A stretch of DNA of 15,561 nucleotides from an uncultured archaeon (GTDB lineage Archaea; Asgardarchaeota; Lokiarchaeia; Sigyniarchaeales; SOKP01), in NCBI GenBank assembly GCA_964525635.1, contig CAZGJX010000096.1:1-15561 (forward strand). Direction: 5' to 3'. The position numbers and the translations under genes are program-made. Every line of letters starts with the position of its first letter. Within the stretch, counting starts at the first letter, position 1. A model generated the notes under the pieces. It ran no database searches, was not told where the DNA came from, and worked only from the letters and a program-made list of their open reading frames with translations. Of the stretch, positions 1 through 11,548 are shown piece after piece.

Positions 1-2
1 AA

Positions 3-284
3 GGATGGATCAATCAAGCTAATGAGTACAATCAACTCGCAACTGTCTTTACAGTTGATACAATGGCAGTGAAAGCAAGATTATATCTTAATTTAAGGAG
101 TGCGAGTTGTTGTCCTCCACCGGATCCTTATCCTTATATTATTACTATAGGATTTTCTCTTTTATTCTTCATATTAGTAATTGGATTTTTGGGATTAATT
201 ATATATATAAGTTTTCAATGTTTCAGAGGGAAGTGAGGTATTAGAACGTCGAAGAAGGAGGAAGCATGTAACTACCAATTTTAA
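3..284 (+). CDS. 3' end of a membrane-anchored protein (5'-truncated by the window); ends at TGA 234-236, or at TAA 282-284 if that TGA is read through
   Basis: Manual translation from base 3: GWINQANEYNQLATVFTVDTMAVKARLYLNLRSASCCPPPDPYPYIITIGFSLLFFILVIGFLGLIIYISFQCFRGK*GIRTSKKEEACNYQF*. A Pro-rich linker precedes a clear hydrophobic helix and a basic residue cluster. Confidence 0.7.
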
Positions 285-456
285 AATAAATAATTAAAAT
301 AAAAGCATATATGTACATGGAAATTATATTTTTATCTTTTTTTATTTACGAACCATTGATTACCTTTCATTTTTTCCTTTTTTTAATTGAATTAATTTTT
401 TAAATAATAAAGAATACCATAAAATATAGTTTATATAATTTATACATGATTAGAAT

Positions 457-969
457 ATGGCAAAGAAGTATCTCGTCTATTTAAAAACGGTTTGGAGAAG
501 TTGGTTTATAATTTTAGTTATTATTATTCTCATTACTGCTATTTATAATCCTACGGCTGCTATCATTTTAACAATAATTTCCATTATCCTATTTTTGTTA
601 TCTTTTGTACCATCACTTTTTTTCAAAAATAGATTATTAAGATTCCTAAAAAAATATTATAGAATTGAAGAAAGTGATATTATAAAAGAATTAAAAAAAG
701 ATAAAGAAAAAATTAGAAATGGTATTTTTAAATTATCTCAAAAGCAGAAAAATAAGAATTGGCTTATTGTTTTTTTAGAAAATCATTATATTTTTTATCA
801 TAAGGATATTATTGATAAATTTAAAGTATTATATAATAAAAATTATGGAGAAAAAGAGATTTTAGATGTAATGAAAAAAATTGATATTAAAACTAGAGCC
901 GAGATAAAAGCTATCACAGATACCTTAGAAAGAAACGATAGATTACTAAAAGAAGAAATAATAATCTAA
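457..969 (+). CDS. Hypothetical membrane protein (two N-terminal TM helices, Lys-rich soluble C-terminal domain)
   Basis: 170-aa ORF with hydrophobic segments WFIILVIIILITAIY and AAIILTIISIILFLLSFVP; TATA-like TTTATATA at 430-437. Confidence 0.75.
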   Translation: MAKKYLVYLKTVWRSWFIILVIIILITAIYNPTAAIILTIISIILFLLSFVPSLFFKNRLLRFLKKYYRIEESDIIKELKKDKEKIRNGIFKLSQKQKNKNWLIVFLENHYIFYHKDIIDKFKVLYNKNYGEKEILDVMKKIDIKTRAEIKAITDTLERNDRLLKEEIII

Positions 970-1071
970 ATAATACTCTTTAATCTTTTCCTTTTTCTTA
1001 AATAATAAAATATTGAATTTTAACTAATGTTATTAAATCTAAACAAATAAAGAAAAAATAGAGAAAGATAT

Positions 1072-1362
1072 TTAATCTTCAATATTAAGAGGACCAAAAT
1101 TATAGTATTTTCTTATAGGTTTTTTTACATTCCATGTACAATTTAATCCTTTAGGAAATTGTACCAAATCTCCTTTTTGAAATTCTATTTTACCACCATC
1201 ATCGGTAGTGACCTCAACTTCACCATCTAAAATATAACATGTCTCTATATCGCTATATGACCAATCAAAGGTACTTTTCTCTTTGGTCCAAACACCCCAA
1301 GATTTAACATCTAATTTTTTTAATTGTTCTTCTGTTGGTTTTTTTTTTTTTATTTCAACCAT
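1072..1362 (-). CDS. Cupin_3 (DUF861/EutQ-like) cupin protein
   Basis: Motifs WGVW..., ETCYILDGEVEV and GDLVQFPKGLNCTWNV match the family. ATG at 1362 (MVEIKKK) is preferred over the track's 1374 start. Confidence 0.88.
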   Translation of the reverse strand: MVEIKKKKPTEEQLKKLDVKSWGVWTKEKSTFDWSYSDIETCYILDGEVEVTTDDGGKIEFQKGDLVQFPKGLNCTWNVKKPIRKYYNFGPLNIED

Positions 1363-1793
1363 ATTTATTATCAACTTAATTCTGATTTAACATATAAATT
1401 ATATTTTATTATAAGAATAGAGATTTTTTATAATTTATTTAGATTAATATTCTTTTATTCAATAAAGGGAATTTAAAATAAACTTTGATCATTTTATTAA
1501 GTAAATAAATTTATTTAGATTGAATTAGATTAAAAATATAATATCTTAAGAGATTTTATAATTATAAAAAAAATAATTTTCATATTAAGTAGAGCTAAAT
1601 TAGACCAAAATTAAAATTGATATTATTATGTAATAATAAATGTTAATGATTTTAGATATAGTTAAATGAGTAGGAATATAATGTATTTTTTATGTCAATT
1701 TAGCAGTAAATATTAAAAAGTTCAAAATAAATTAAAAATTTTAACCATTTGTCTATATAATTCAATAAATTCAGATAATTATAAGTAATAGCT

Positions 1794-2315
1794 ATGCCAA
1801 GGAAATTCATACTTAAAATTCTAACCGCAGGTGACGGGGGTGTTGGTAAAACAACTCTGCTTCATCGTTATGTAGATGGTGTTTTCATGACAGGAACACA
1901 TATGACTATAGGGGTAGAATTTTTCCTCAAAGAAATAGATATTGACGAAGTTGATTGTACATTACAGCTATGGGATTTTGGGGGGCAAGCACAGTTTAGA
2001 TTCCTTCTAAATAGTTATGTTTTAGGAGCAAAAGGAGCTTTTGTAATGTTTGATCTAACGCGAATGATAACTTTAAGTCAAATTGAAAATTGGGTAGATC
2101 TCTGTAGATCTGATGATCCTGATATCCCCATGCTTTTCTTAGGTACGAAATATGATCTTAAGGATAAAATTTCTGTGGATGATAATTATATACTAGAGGT
2201 AAAAGAAAAATATAATTTTATTGATTTCATAAAAGTTTCATCTAAAACGGGTGAAAATGTGGACAAAGCTTTTGAACTTCTCACGAAATATATTATAGAC
2301 CGTTATAATTATTGA
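1794..2315 (+). CDS. Rab-like small GTPase (Ras superfamily), paralog 1
   Basis: G1 GDGGVGKT, switch I TIGVEF, G3 WDFGGQ, G4 TKYD, G5 VSSK; no C-terminal Cys motif. Confidence 0.93.
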   Translation: MPRKFILKILTAGDGGVGKTTLLHRYVDGVFMTGTHMTIGVEFFLKEIDIDEVDCTLQLWDFGGQAQFRFLLNSYVLGAKGAFVMFDLTRMITLSQIENWVDLCRSDDPDIPMLFLGTKYDLKDKISVDDNYILEVKEKYNFIDFIKVSSKTGENVDKAFELLTKYIIDRYNY

Positions 2316-2657
2316 TTTTCTGCAATTTAAATTCATTTTAAATTCGAAAAAAACCCTAAATTAAAAAAAATTTATTTAGTTGAATTTTAATAAATCTATT
2401 ATATTCCTATTCGTATATTTATATAAATGATACATAACTTAATTACTAATAATTGTGATAAATTAATCATAACCTTATTATAACTAGATAATTAAAATTA
2501 CGTTTATTGATAAAATTGGGAGATAAATTATTTTTTAGAGAACGACATATCAATTTAGAAATTAATATAATAAACTGTATGATATTATACGTGACTAATT
2601 ATTTAATTTATATAACTTAAAAATATATAATCTATAATAATAAAATATCAACTACAT

Positions 2658-2663
2658 GTGAGG
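2658..2663 (+). promoter_or_regulatory. Putative Shine-Dalgarno site for GTPase paralog 2
   Basis: GTGAGG 5 nt upstream of the ATG at 2669. Confidence 0.45.
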
Positions 2664-2668
2664 ATTTC

Positions 2669-3190
2669 ATGGCAAAAAAATTCATCCTCAAAATTTTAAC
2701 AGCTGGGGAAGGTGGTGTTGGAAAAACAACTCTACTTCATAGATTTGTTGAGGGAAAATTTTCTTCATCTACACGTATGACTATTGGTGTTGAATTTTTC
2801 CTTAAAGATATAATGGTCGATGGTTCTCATGTTACTTTACAATTATGGGATTTTGGTGGCCAAGAACGTTTTAGATTTCTATTGGAAAATTATGTATTAG
2901 GAGCTAAAGGAGCTTTTTTAATGTTTGATTTAACTCGTCCTAATACCTTAGAAAATCTTGATCAATGGGTTAAAATATGTAGAACTTGTGATCCAAACCT
3001 TCCTATTCTCTTTTTAGGTACTAAAATTGATTTAATTGAAGAGATTATGATTGATGATGAATATGCAAAAGGCTTCATTGAAGAATATAAACTAATAGAT
3101 TATCTGAAAGTATCATCTAAAACAGGGGAAAACGTAGATAATGCTTTTGAATTCCTTACAAGGCAAATCTTAAACCTTAAAAAAACTTAA
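2669..3190 (+). CDS. Rab-like small GTPase (Ras superfamily), paralog 2
   Basis: G1 GEGGVGKT, TIGVEF, WDFGGQERFR, TKID, VSSK; same length (173 aa) as paralog 1 and colinear with it. Confidence 0.93.
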   Translation: MAKKFILKILTAGEGGVGKTTLLHRFVEGKFSSSTRMTIGVEFFLKDIMVDGSHVTLQLWDFGGQERFRFLLENYVLGAKGAFLMFDLTRPNTLENLDQWVKICRTCDPNLPILFLGTKIDLIEEIMIDDEYAKGFIEEYKLIDYLKVSSKTGENVDNAFEFLTRQILNLKKT

Positions 3191-3208
3191 GAAAGGTTTA
3201 ATATAATT

Positions 3209-3670
3209 TTGAATAATAAATTTAAAGATATAGTTAATCTAATCATTATTGATTCTAATTTTATATTACTTCCTATTCAGTTTCATGTGGATTATATCGA
3301 AGAGATTGCATATAAACTAGAAGGCAAGTCTCAATTCATAATATACAAGCAAATATATGATGAATTGAATGCGAAAAGGAACCGATATGAACAAAAAAAG
3401 AGTTCAATCTTTCAAAATCAATATTCTTCTGGATTAAAGTATTTAGATATAAAAAAAGAAAATTTTGATATTTTAATTGAGAAACAGGTGAAAGATATAA
3501 ATGAAAATACTGATGATTTTTTGTTAAGAAAAGCATCAGAATTTAAGGGAAAGAAGATTAAAATCTATTTAGCTACTAATGATTCGGAATTAAGAAAAAA
3601 GGCTATAAAATTAGAAATTTCTGTAATTTTTTTAAGACAGAAAAAATATATCTCAATTGAAGGATATTAA
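3209..3670 (+). CDS. PIN-domain protein, Fcf1/Utp23-like (archaeal rRNA-processing type)
   Basis: IIIDSNFIL, TDDFLL and YLATNDSELRKKA...VIFLRQKKYI motifs; TTG start 18 nt after the GTPase stop. Confidence 0.82.
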   Translation: MNNKFKDIVNLIIIDSNFILLPIQFHVDYIEEIAYKLEGKSQFIIYKQIYDELNAKRNRYEQKKSSIFQNQYSSGLKYLDIKKENFDILIEKQVKDINENTDDFLLRKASEFKGKKIKIYLATNDSELRKKAIKLEISVIFLRQKKYISIEGY

Positions 3671-3716
3671 ACCAACCTATTAGATCCTTATAAATTAAAA
3701 TAAATAGGATATTTAA

Positions 3717-5984
<2,268 letters not shown>

Positions 5985-6108
5985 TTAACAATAATAATAA
6001 ATATAATTTTTTATATTTGAAGGATCTAAATTTCAATCTCAAGATATTAAAGTAATAATTGTTTATTTTCTTTTTCTTTATTTTTTTAAATGTTTAAAGA
6101 CTTTTTTA

Positions 6109-6906
6109 TTAAGGAATTTCTATATCTAAACTCCTCTCTAAAAAGTCTTTAAAAGATTTCTCTATTTCTAATTCATTTCCAGATTTATTTAGTTTTTCCT
6201 TTATAAATTCTTTTCTTATTTTAAGAATTTGCTTTTTTATCATACGGAACTTTGAATTTTTTAATAAATCTCCTATAATACTTCTTGTTATTGTATCCAA
6301 ATTTGTATTATATGAATTAGTAAAAATTTGATTTTCTTTTTTTTTTTTATTAATTACACTTTTCTGTATATAATTTATTTCATTTAAGAATTGTAAGATA
6401 ATATTATTAAAATATTTTAAATTTGACATATCTATTGTAAGATTAGGACGATCCCAATTATATTTTTCAAATTTATCAAATTTTTTATAAATATTTTCAA
6501 TAACTCTATTGGGGATAGGTTTGCCTCGTAAATGATTCCATTCCAAACATACATTAAACGGAGTAGATATATAGACAATAAAATGTAAGATATTCAAATT
6601 TTTTGCTATTTCCTTTAAATCATGTCTCATACTTGAATAATAATTTAAATCATCACTTATTACAATTTTATTTTTTTTAAGTTCCTGTTCTATTATTTTA
6701 AAATTTTTTCTTCTCACAAGATTTTCTTTTTCTGGATCAAAAAAATCATTAGATATAGACTCCCTTATAACATCAGGATCGACTATTATAACATCATATT
6801 TATTTTGAACGTTTAAAAGAGTATCTCTTAGTCTATTTGCAAAAGTTGATTTTCCTGAAGCAGGTAAACCTACTAAACAGATTAAAAAGTGTTGTATGAA
6901 ATCCAA
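6109..6906 (-). CDS. pstK: O-phosphoseryl-tRNA(Sec) kinase (PSTK/KTI12 family)
   Basis: GLPASGKST P-loop, DVIRES, DDLNYYSSMRHDL, RGKPIPNRVI, KYNWDRP and the C-terminal LDTITRSII...RKEFIK helical domain, colinear with archaeal PSTK as I recall it; TTG start. Confidence 0.85.
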   Translation of the reverse strand: MDFIQHFLICLVGLPASGKSTFANRLRDTLLNVQNKYDVIIVDPDVIRESISNDFFDPEKENLVRRKNFKIIEQELKKNKIVISDDLNYYSSMRHDLKEIAKNLNILHFIVYISTPFNVCLEWNHLRGKPIPNRVIENIYKKFDKFEKYNWDRPNLTIDMSNLKYFNNIILQFLNEINYIQKSVINKKKKENQIFTNSYNTNLDTITRSIIGDLLKNSKFRMIKKQILKIRKEFIKEKLNKSGNELEIEKSFKDFLERSLDIEIP

Positions 6907-6912
6907 ATAAAA

Positions 6913-7179
6913 TCAACCTTGCCGGAAATTTTTAATAAGAAGTTCCTTTTCTTTGTGAGATAATTGTTTAATTTCCAATTCTTTATTCATAGCTTCTTTC
7001 CGTTCTTTATAAGATTTAAAGTATTCTAATGATATTGTTTTGCCTCGACAAAATTTTGCACCCTTTCCATTTCTATGCTCTTTTAATCTCCTTAATAGAT
7101 TATTTGTATATCCAGTATAATAATTAAACCTTCCTTTTTTTGATACTGTTTTAAAGATATAGACATAATAAACGGACAT
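6913..7179 (-). CDS. Small GIY-YIG nuclease (UPF0213/YhbQ-like)
   Basis: YYVYIF...YYTGYTNNLLRRLKEH.NGKGAKFCRG...A..KE.EIK motifs. Confidence 0.9.
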   Translation of the reverse strand: MSVYYVYIFKTVSKKGRFNYYTGYTNNLLRRLKEHRNGKGAKFCRGKTISLEYFKSYKERKEAMNKELEIKQLSHKEKELLIKNFRQG

Positions 7180-7584
7180 TTTAAAATCTCTAATAAAAAA
7201 TTAATTTACATCTTTATATTTTTTTCCCTCTATCATCATATATAGTTATGTTTAAAAAATAAAAGTTATATGAAATTCTCTTAATTTTCATTTAATATAC
7301 AACCATTAGTAATATGAATATAAGCAATAAAATTATTTGATAAATAATCTTAAAACCTTAATAGTTTGACGATTTATAAGATATTGATTTAATTCCCTAT
7401 TAAATTATTGTTTATTGGAAAATAACAATCAAAATAATTAAATTTGGATTCAATATAGGGAATTTAACAATAATCTGTAAGGAACTGAAATATATTGGAA
7501 AATTAAATTAAATTTATTAATCTAAATTAGTTTCTTTTTTTAAATAGATATATATATTTAAACGCTATCATAAGAGAGAATAAG

Positions 7585-8220
7585 ATGGTTAAAGGCGTTG
7601 CACTAATTGCTTGGGATGTTGTTGAAGGGGGAGTTGTTCGAATGAAATATCCTGAGGATGTTGAGGTTCCAGATAACATTGTTCAGCAAATACAAATTTC
7701 TCATAATTTTGCAGAGTCTTATATTATTACTGAAGAAAAAAATTGGAATTCAATCTCCTTTTTTAATAAAGATAAGGAGGCTATTATTATGCTCATTTTA
7801 GAAAAATATGATGATGGTTCTGATTATATACCCGTACTTGAAGAGTTCAACAAAGAATTAGAGACTAATGCAGAAGGAGAATTATTAATCCAACATCTAA
7901 AAAGAATATATGATTTTAGTCTTAATGTATTTAGAACTCGAGATGAAGTTATTTCAAAATTGAGTAATGAAGTAGCTTTTTTAAAGACAAAAGAATATGA
8001 TATACAGAGGAAATTTGAAAAGATCATAGAAGCAAATAATCTAAATGTTAAAAGTAAAGTACAATTTCTATTAGCTACAAATGATTATTTATCATTGAAG
8101 GATCTTCAAAAATCAATCAATACTTCTCCTAGTTGGTTGTTAAAAGTATTAAGTACACTCACTAAAGAGGGAATAATTGAATTAAATAAAAAAAAAAAAA
8201 TCTATTTCTTAAAATTCTAA
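7585..8220 (+). CDS. Putative uDENN/longin-like domain + coiled coil + C-terminal winged-helix protein
   Basis: N-terminal VALIAWDVVEGGVVRMKYP resembles the uDENN/longin beta1-beta2 pattern (hhhh-W/F-D-x3-G-x5-6-YP). C-terminal LSLKDLQKSINTSPSWLLKVLSTLTKEGII is wHTH-like. Pattern recognition only. Confidence 0.6.
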   Translation: MVKGVALIAWDVVEGGVVRMKYPEDVEVPDNIVQQIQISHNFAESYIITEEKNWNSISFFNKDKEAIIMLILEKYDDGSDYIPVLEEFNKELETNAEGELLIQHLKRIYDFSLNVFRTRDEVISKLSNEVAFLKTKEYDIQRKFEKIIEANNLNVKSKVQFLLATNDYLSLKDLQKSINTSPSWLLKVLSTLTKEGIIELNKKKKIYFLKF

Positions 8221-8362
8221 TTTTATCAACACTCAGATTTTTGTAAAAATCTTTTGATTGTATAAAGTTCAATTTAATTTGTGTAAACTATAAATTGATT
8301 TATGTATTTTTTACACTATCTTTTTTGAAAGATGAATATCTTTTAAGAGGAAGAGTTAAAAA

Positions 8363-10534
8363 ATGAAATTCTACAGAAGAAAAATTAAAAGTCTTTTTTT
8401 TATAGTAATAATAACAGGTTTAATTGGTATTTCTCAGACAACTTTAACAATAAATAATACTTCTATTGAAGAAAATTCCAATGATTTTGCTCCTAAGGCT
8501 TCATGAGATCTTACTGGAACACCGATAGATATTGATGATACAAATCCAATGAATGATTGGGATTGGGTCGTAAGTCAACCATGGTGTAGTGGTGCAGGAA
8601 CATCAGATGTTCCTTATCGTATTGAGAATGTAATTATTAATGGATTAAATAATAGTTCATGTATATCAATAATAAATTCTGTAGCCTATTTTGTTATTGA
8701 AAATTGCACTCTGTATAACTCAATTGGATTAACTGGCGATGCGGGGATCGTTTTAACTAATGTAGATAATGGTTATATTTACAGGAATAATATTTCTGAA
8801 AATAATGGATATGGGATCTATATATCTGATAGTGAATCTAATATAGTTGAAGAAAACAATATCACTAATAATAAAGCATCTGGGATTTTTAATATAGTTA
8901 GTAATTATACTACAATATTTAATAACACTATAATAGATAATTATTTCGGAATTTTTAACTTTTTAAGTGATAATACTGATGTAATTTCTAATACTGTTAT
9001 TGATAATAGATGAGGTATAAACATGGATTTAACTACATATGCGGAAATTGATGACAACGATGTATTTACTTCAGAACAACAAGGAATAGTTTTAGAAGAT
9101 TCTAATTATAATGAAATTTCAAACAATAGAGTTAAAAATAATTCCAAGATAGGTATTTGGTGTTTAAATAGTAACAATAATAATTTCTCAGAGAACACAG
9201 TGAAAGAAAACATAGACCATGGTATAATGCTCATTGATTGTGATGAAAATAACTTAATAAGTAATACCATAAATAATAACACTAAAGACGGAATATACTT
9301 ACTTAGTGATACACATTGTTATAATAATACAATAATTGATAATGATATATACAATAATTCCCTCAATGGAATAACAATTGAAAGTTTTACTATTGAATTA
9401 CTTAGTACTTGCTTGGATAATAGTATAGAAGATAATGATATATCCAACAATCTAAACTATGGTGTGGCTTTTTTCAATGCTACTCTGAATTCTGCAACTA
9501 ATAATACTATTTTTAATAATAAAATAGGTATTAAGTTGAATAGTTCTAATTTAAATACATTTAAAGATAATCTTATATATGACAATAGCGAATTTGGAAT
9601 ACATATAGGCGACCCATATTTTGCTCAAGAATCGAACCTTTTTTATCTTAATGAATTTAATAATCCCATTGGCTTAAATGCAGAAGATGATGGCTTGAAT
9701 AATGACTGGGATAATGGATTTATTGGTAATTGGTGGCATGATTATATAGGTCTGGATACAAATGATGACGGTATTGGAGATACGGACTATATTATATCTG
9801 GAAGTGCTGGAAGTAGGGACACAAAACCAATTTATTGGGATGCCCCTTATATCATCATAAATTCACCAGAATTAGATGAGGTTTATGGTATTTCCGCACC
9901 AAACTATGATATCTCTGTTTTAGGTGATGTAGATAAGACATGGTATAATTTAGACGATGGAACAACAGTAACAGATAATATTACCATTGATTTGTTGAGT
10001 GATCAACTCAGTCAAATTGAATGGAATGATATGGATGATGGAATAATTACACTTACATTTTATGCCAATGACTCAGTTGGAAATGTTGGATTTGAAGAAG
10101 TGGAAATAGAGAAAGATAGCATTTCACCTGATATAACAGTTATACAACCAGAAAAAGGTGATAAATTCAAAAACCAAGCACCTAATTATGAAATCACTGT
10201 TGATGATCCAAATTTGGAAACTATTTGGTATTCAATCAGTGATGAATTTGAGATATTTAGATATAGAATTATTACTAATTTAATTGGTTCTATAAATCAA
10301 ACCATATGGAATAGTCTTAGTTATGGTGAAATAACTCTTCTAATAAGTGTAAATGATACATTGGGAAATACTGATTTTATTGAGATAACTATTATAAAAG
10401 CGAGAGAGAACAGTCCAGGACTAACTTTAATCCTAATATTATCAATAACAATTCCAGTAGTAGCGGGTGCTGTAACAGTTATACTTATGATTTATTTGCG
10501 CAAGAAAAGGATTCCTTTGACTCCTTTCACATAA
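8363..10534 (+). CDS. Cell-surface NosD/CASH right-handed beta-helix protein with two Ig-like repeats and a C-terminal TM anchor; 723 codons with in-frame TGA at 8504-8506 and 9011-9013 (recoded gene or pseudogene)
   Basis: ATG 8363 and the track ORFs at 8549 and 9023 are all in one frame. Signal-peptide-like MKFYRRKIKSLFFIVIITGLIGIS; uninterrupted N-x-I-x-x-N...GI beta-helix repeats; GNWWHDY.G.D.NDDGIGD..Y motif; TM helix followed by RKKR. Confidence 0.85.
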
Positions 10535-10550
10535 TTTTATTTTTTTTTTT
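10535..10550 (+). terminator. Oligo-T archaeal-type terminator
   Basis: TTTTA plus an 11-T run immediately after the TAA at 10532-10534. Confidence 0.55.
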
Positions 10551-10730
10551 ATAATTTCAAACTATATTTTTTTTAAATATTATAGGTTTATTCATTTGGT
10601 TTGAACTTTTTCTAGTCAATAATATTTATTAAAGGGGTTTTATATTCATCCCTTCAGAAAATTAAAAAAAGAGGGATATTATTTATTAAATAGAAAATAT
10701 AATATTACAATTCTCAAAAGAACTGTTTAT

Positions 10731-11003
10731 ATGAAACGTATTATAATTGATGTTTTTGGAAGAGTTCAAGGTGTTTTTTTCCGTCATAACACACAAAAAG
10801 TAGCTCAAAAGTTGGGTTTAGGGGGATATGTCAAGAATATATTTGATGGTAGCGTTCATATTGAAGCTGAAGGTTCTCAAGAAAAATTAGAACAACTTTT
10901 AGAATTTGCGAAGAAAGGACCTAAATTTGCCTATGTTGAAAGAATAGAATATAAATATGAAAATGCTACAAGTGAATTTATAAATTTTAAATGTAAATTT
11001 TAA
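10731..11003 (+). CDS. acyP: Acylphosphatase
   Basis: Signatures VFGRVQGVFFR and GYVKNIFDGSVHIEAEG. Confidence 0.95.
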   Translation: MKRIIIDVFGRVQGVFFRHNTQKVAQKLGLGGYVKNIFDGSVHIEAEGSQEKLEQLLEFAKKGPKFAYVERIEYKYENATSEFINFKCKF

Positions 11004-11172
11004 AAAAATTCAATGAACTGTTAAAATAATATTTATATAATTGAAAAAGTATTAATTTAATAATTATTATTTTATTGTTTGAATGAATTTTCATATTTAT
11101 TTGAGAAAATCTAATTACATTTAGTCTTATGGGGCTCATATTCTTTTTATTTTGGGACTTATTATAAGTATT

Positions 11173-11319
11173 CTATAGATGATATCATCTGAAATAATTA
11201 ATAACGTGATATTCATCTACTAAAACATATTTAATTCTTTTCGCGATATATTAAGCAACTTTTCATTAATCAGGGTGAATAGATATATACACCCCTTTTG
11301 CTTTTAATTTGTTTAGCAT
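11173..11319 (-). pseudogene. Possible decayed fragment of a UvrD/PcrA (SF1) helicase around motif II
   Basis: One frame reads MLNKLKAKGVYISIHPD**KVA*YIAKRIKYVLVDEYHVINYFR*YHL*, resembling the UvrD consensus RFKYILVDEYQDTN. Confidence 0.35.
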
Positions 11320-11384
11320 TGATCCTTCTTTTGAGACATTATTTTAAGTACTGTCAATACTTCCTAATTTAGGCAAATTTATTG

Positions 11385-11425
11385 GCCTAATTTCTAAACA
11401 GCGAACCTCCATGTATTTACAAATT
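11385..11425 (+). repeat. Degenerate direct repeat, copy 1
   Basis: GCCTAATTTCTAA (11385-11397) and CCATGTATTTACAAATT (11409-11425) are identical to blocks in copy 2. Confidence 0.75.
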
Positions 11426-11548
11426 ATCGAAAATACCAATATTTAATCGAATCATTAGACATTGAAATTCTTGGAATATGAAAATTTGAAATAAAGATCG
11501 ATGAGTCAAACGCAAGCGGTAAAATTTTAATATATTTATTTCAGATAT

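Noticed and set aside
2313-2330. Readthrough of the GTPase 1 TGA to add xFSAI as a prenylation-like tail
   Set aside because: The paralog ends at the same position with TAA, and the spacing does not fit CaaX.
3336-3536. 66-aa minus-strand ORF
   Set aside because: Antisense shadow inside the PIN gene; no motif.
7824-8027. 67-aa minus-strand ORF
   Set aside because: Antisense shadow of the 7585..8220 gene.
8549-10534. Track ORFs 8549..9013 and 9023..10534 as independent genes
   Set aside because: They share a frame, the repeat structure is continuous, and the signal peptide lies upstream at 8363.
10535-10730. Possible SECIS or alternative hairpins (AAGGGG / ATCCCTT / AGGGAT) downstream of the TGA-containing gene
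   Set aside because: Stems are short, no AUGA...GA core is seen, and they lie beyond the oligo-T tract. A covariance-model search would be needed to exclude a SECIS properly.
11366-11393. Canonical Xer/dif site
   Set aside because: The 11-6-11 geometry fits, but the inner ATAA-N6-TTAT motif is missing.
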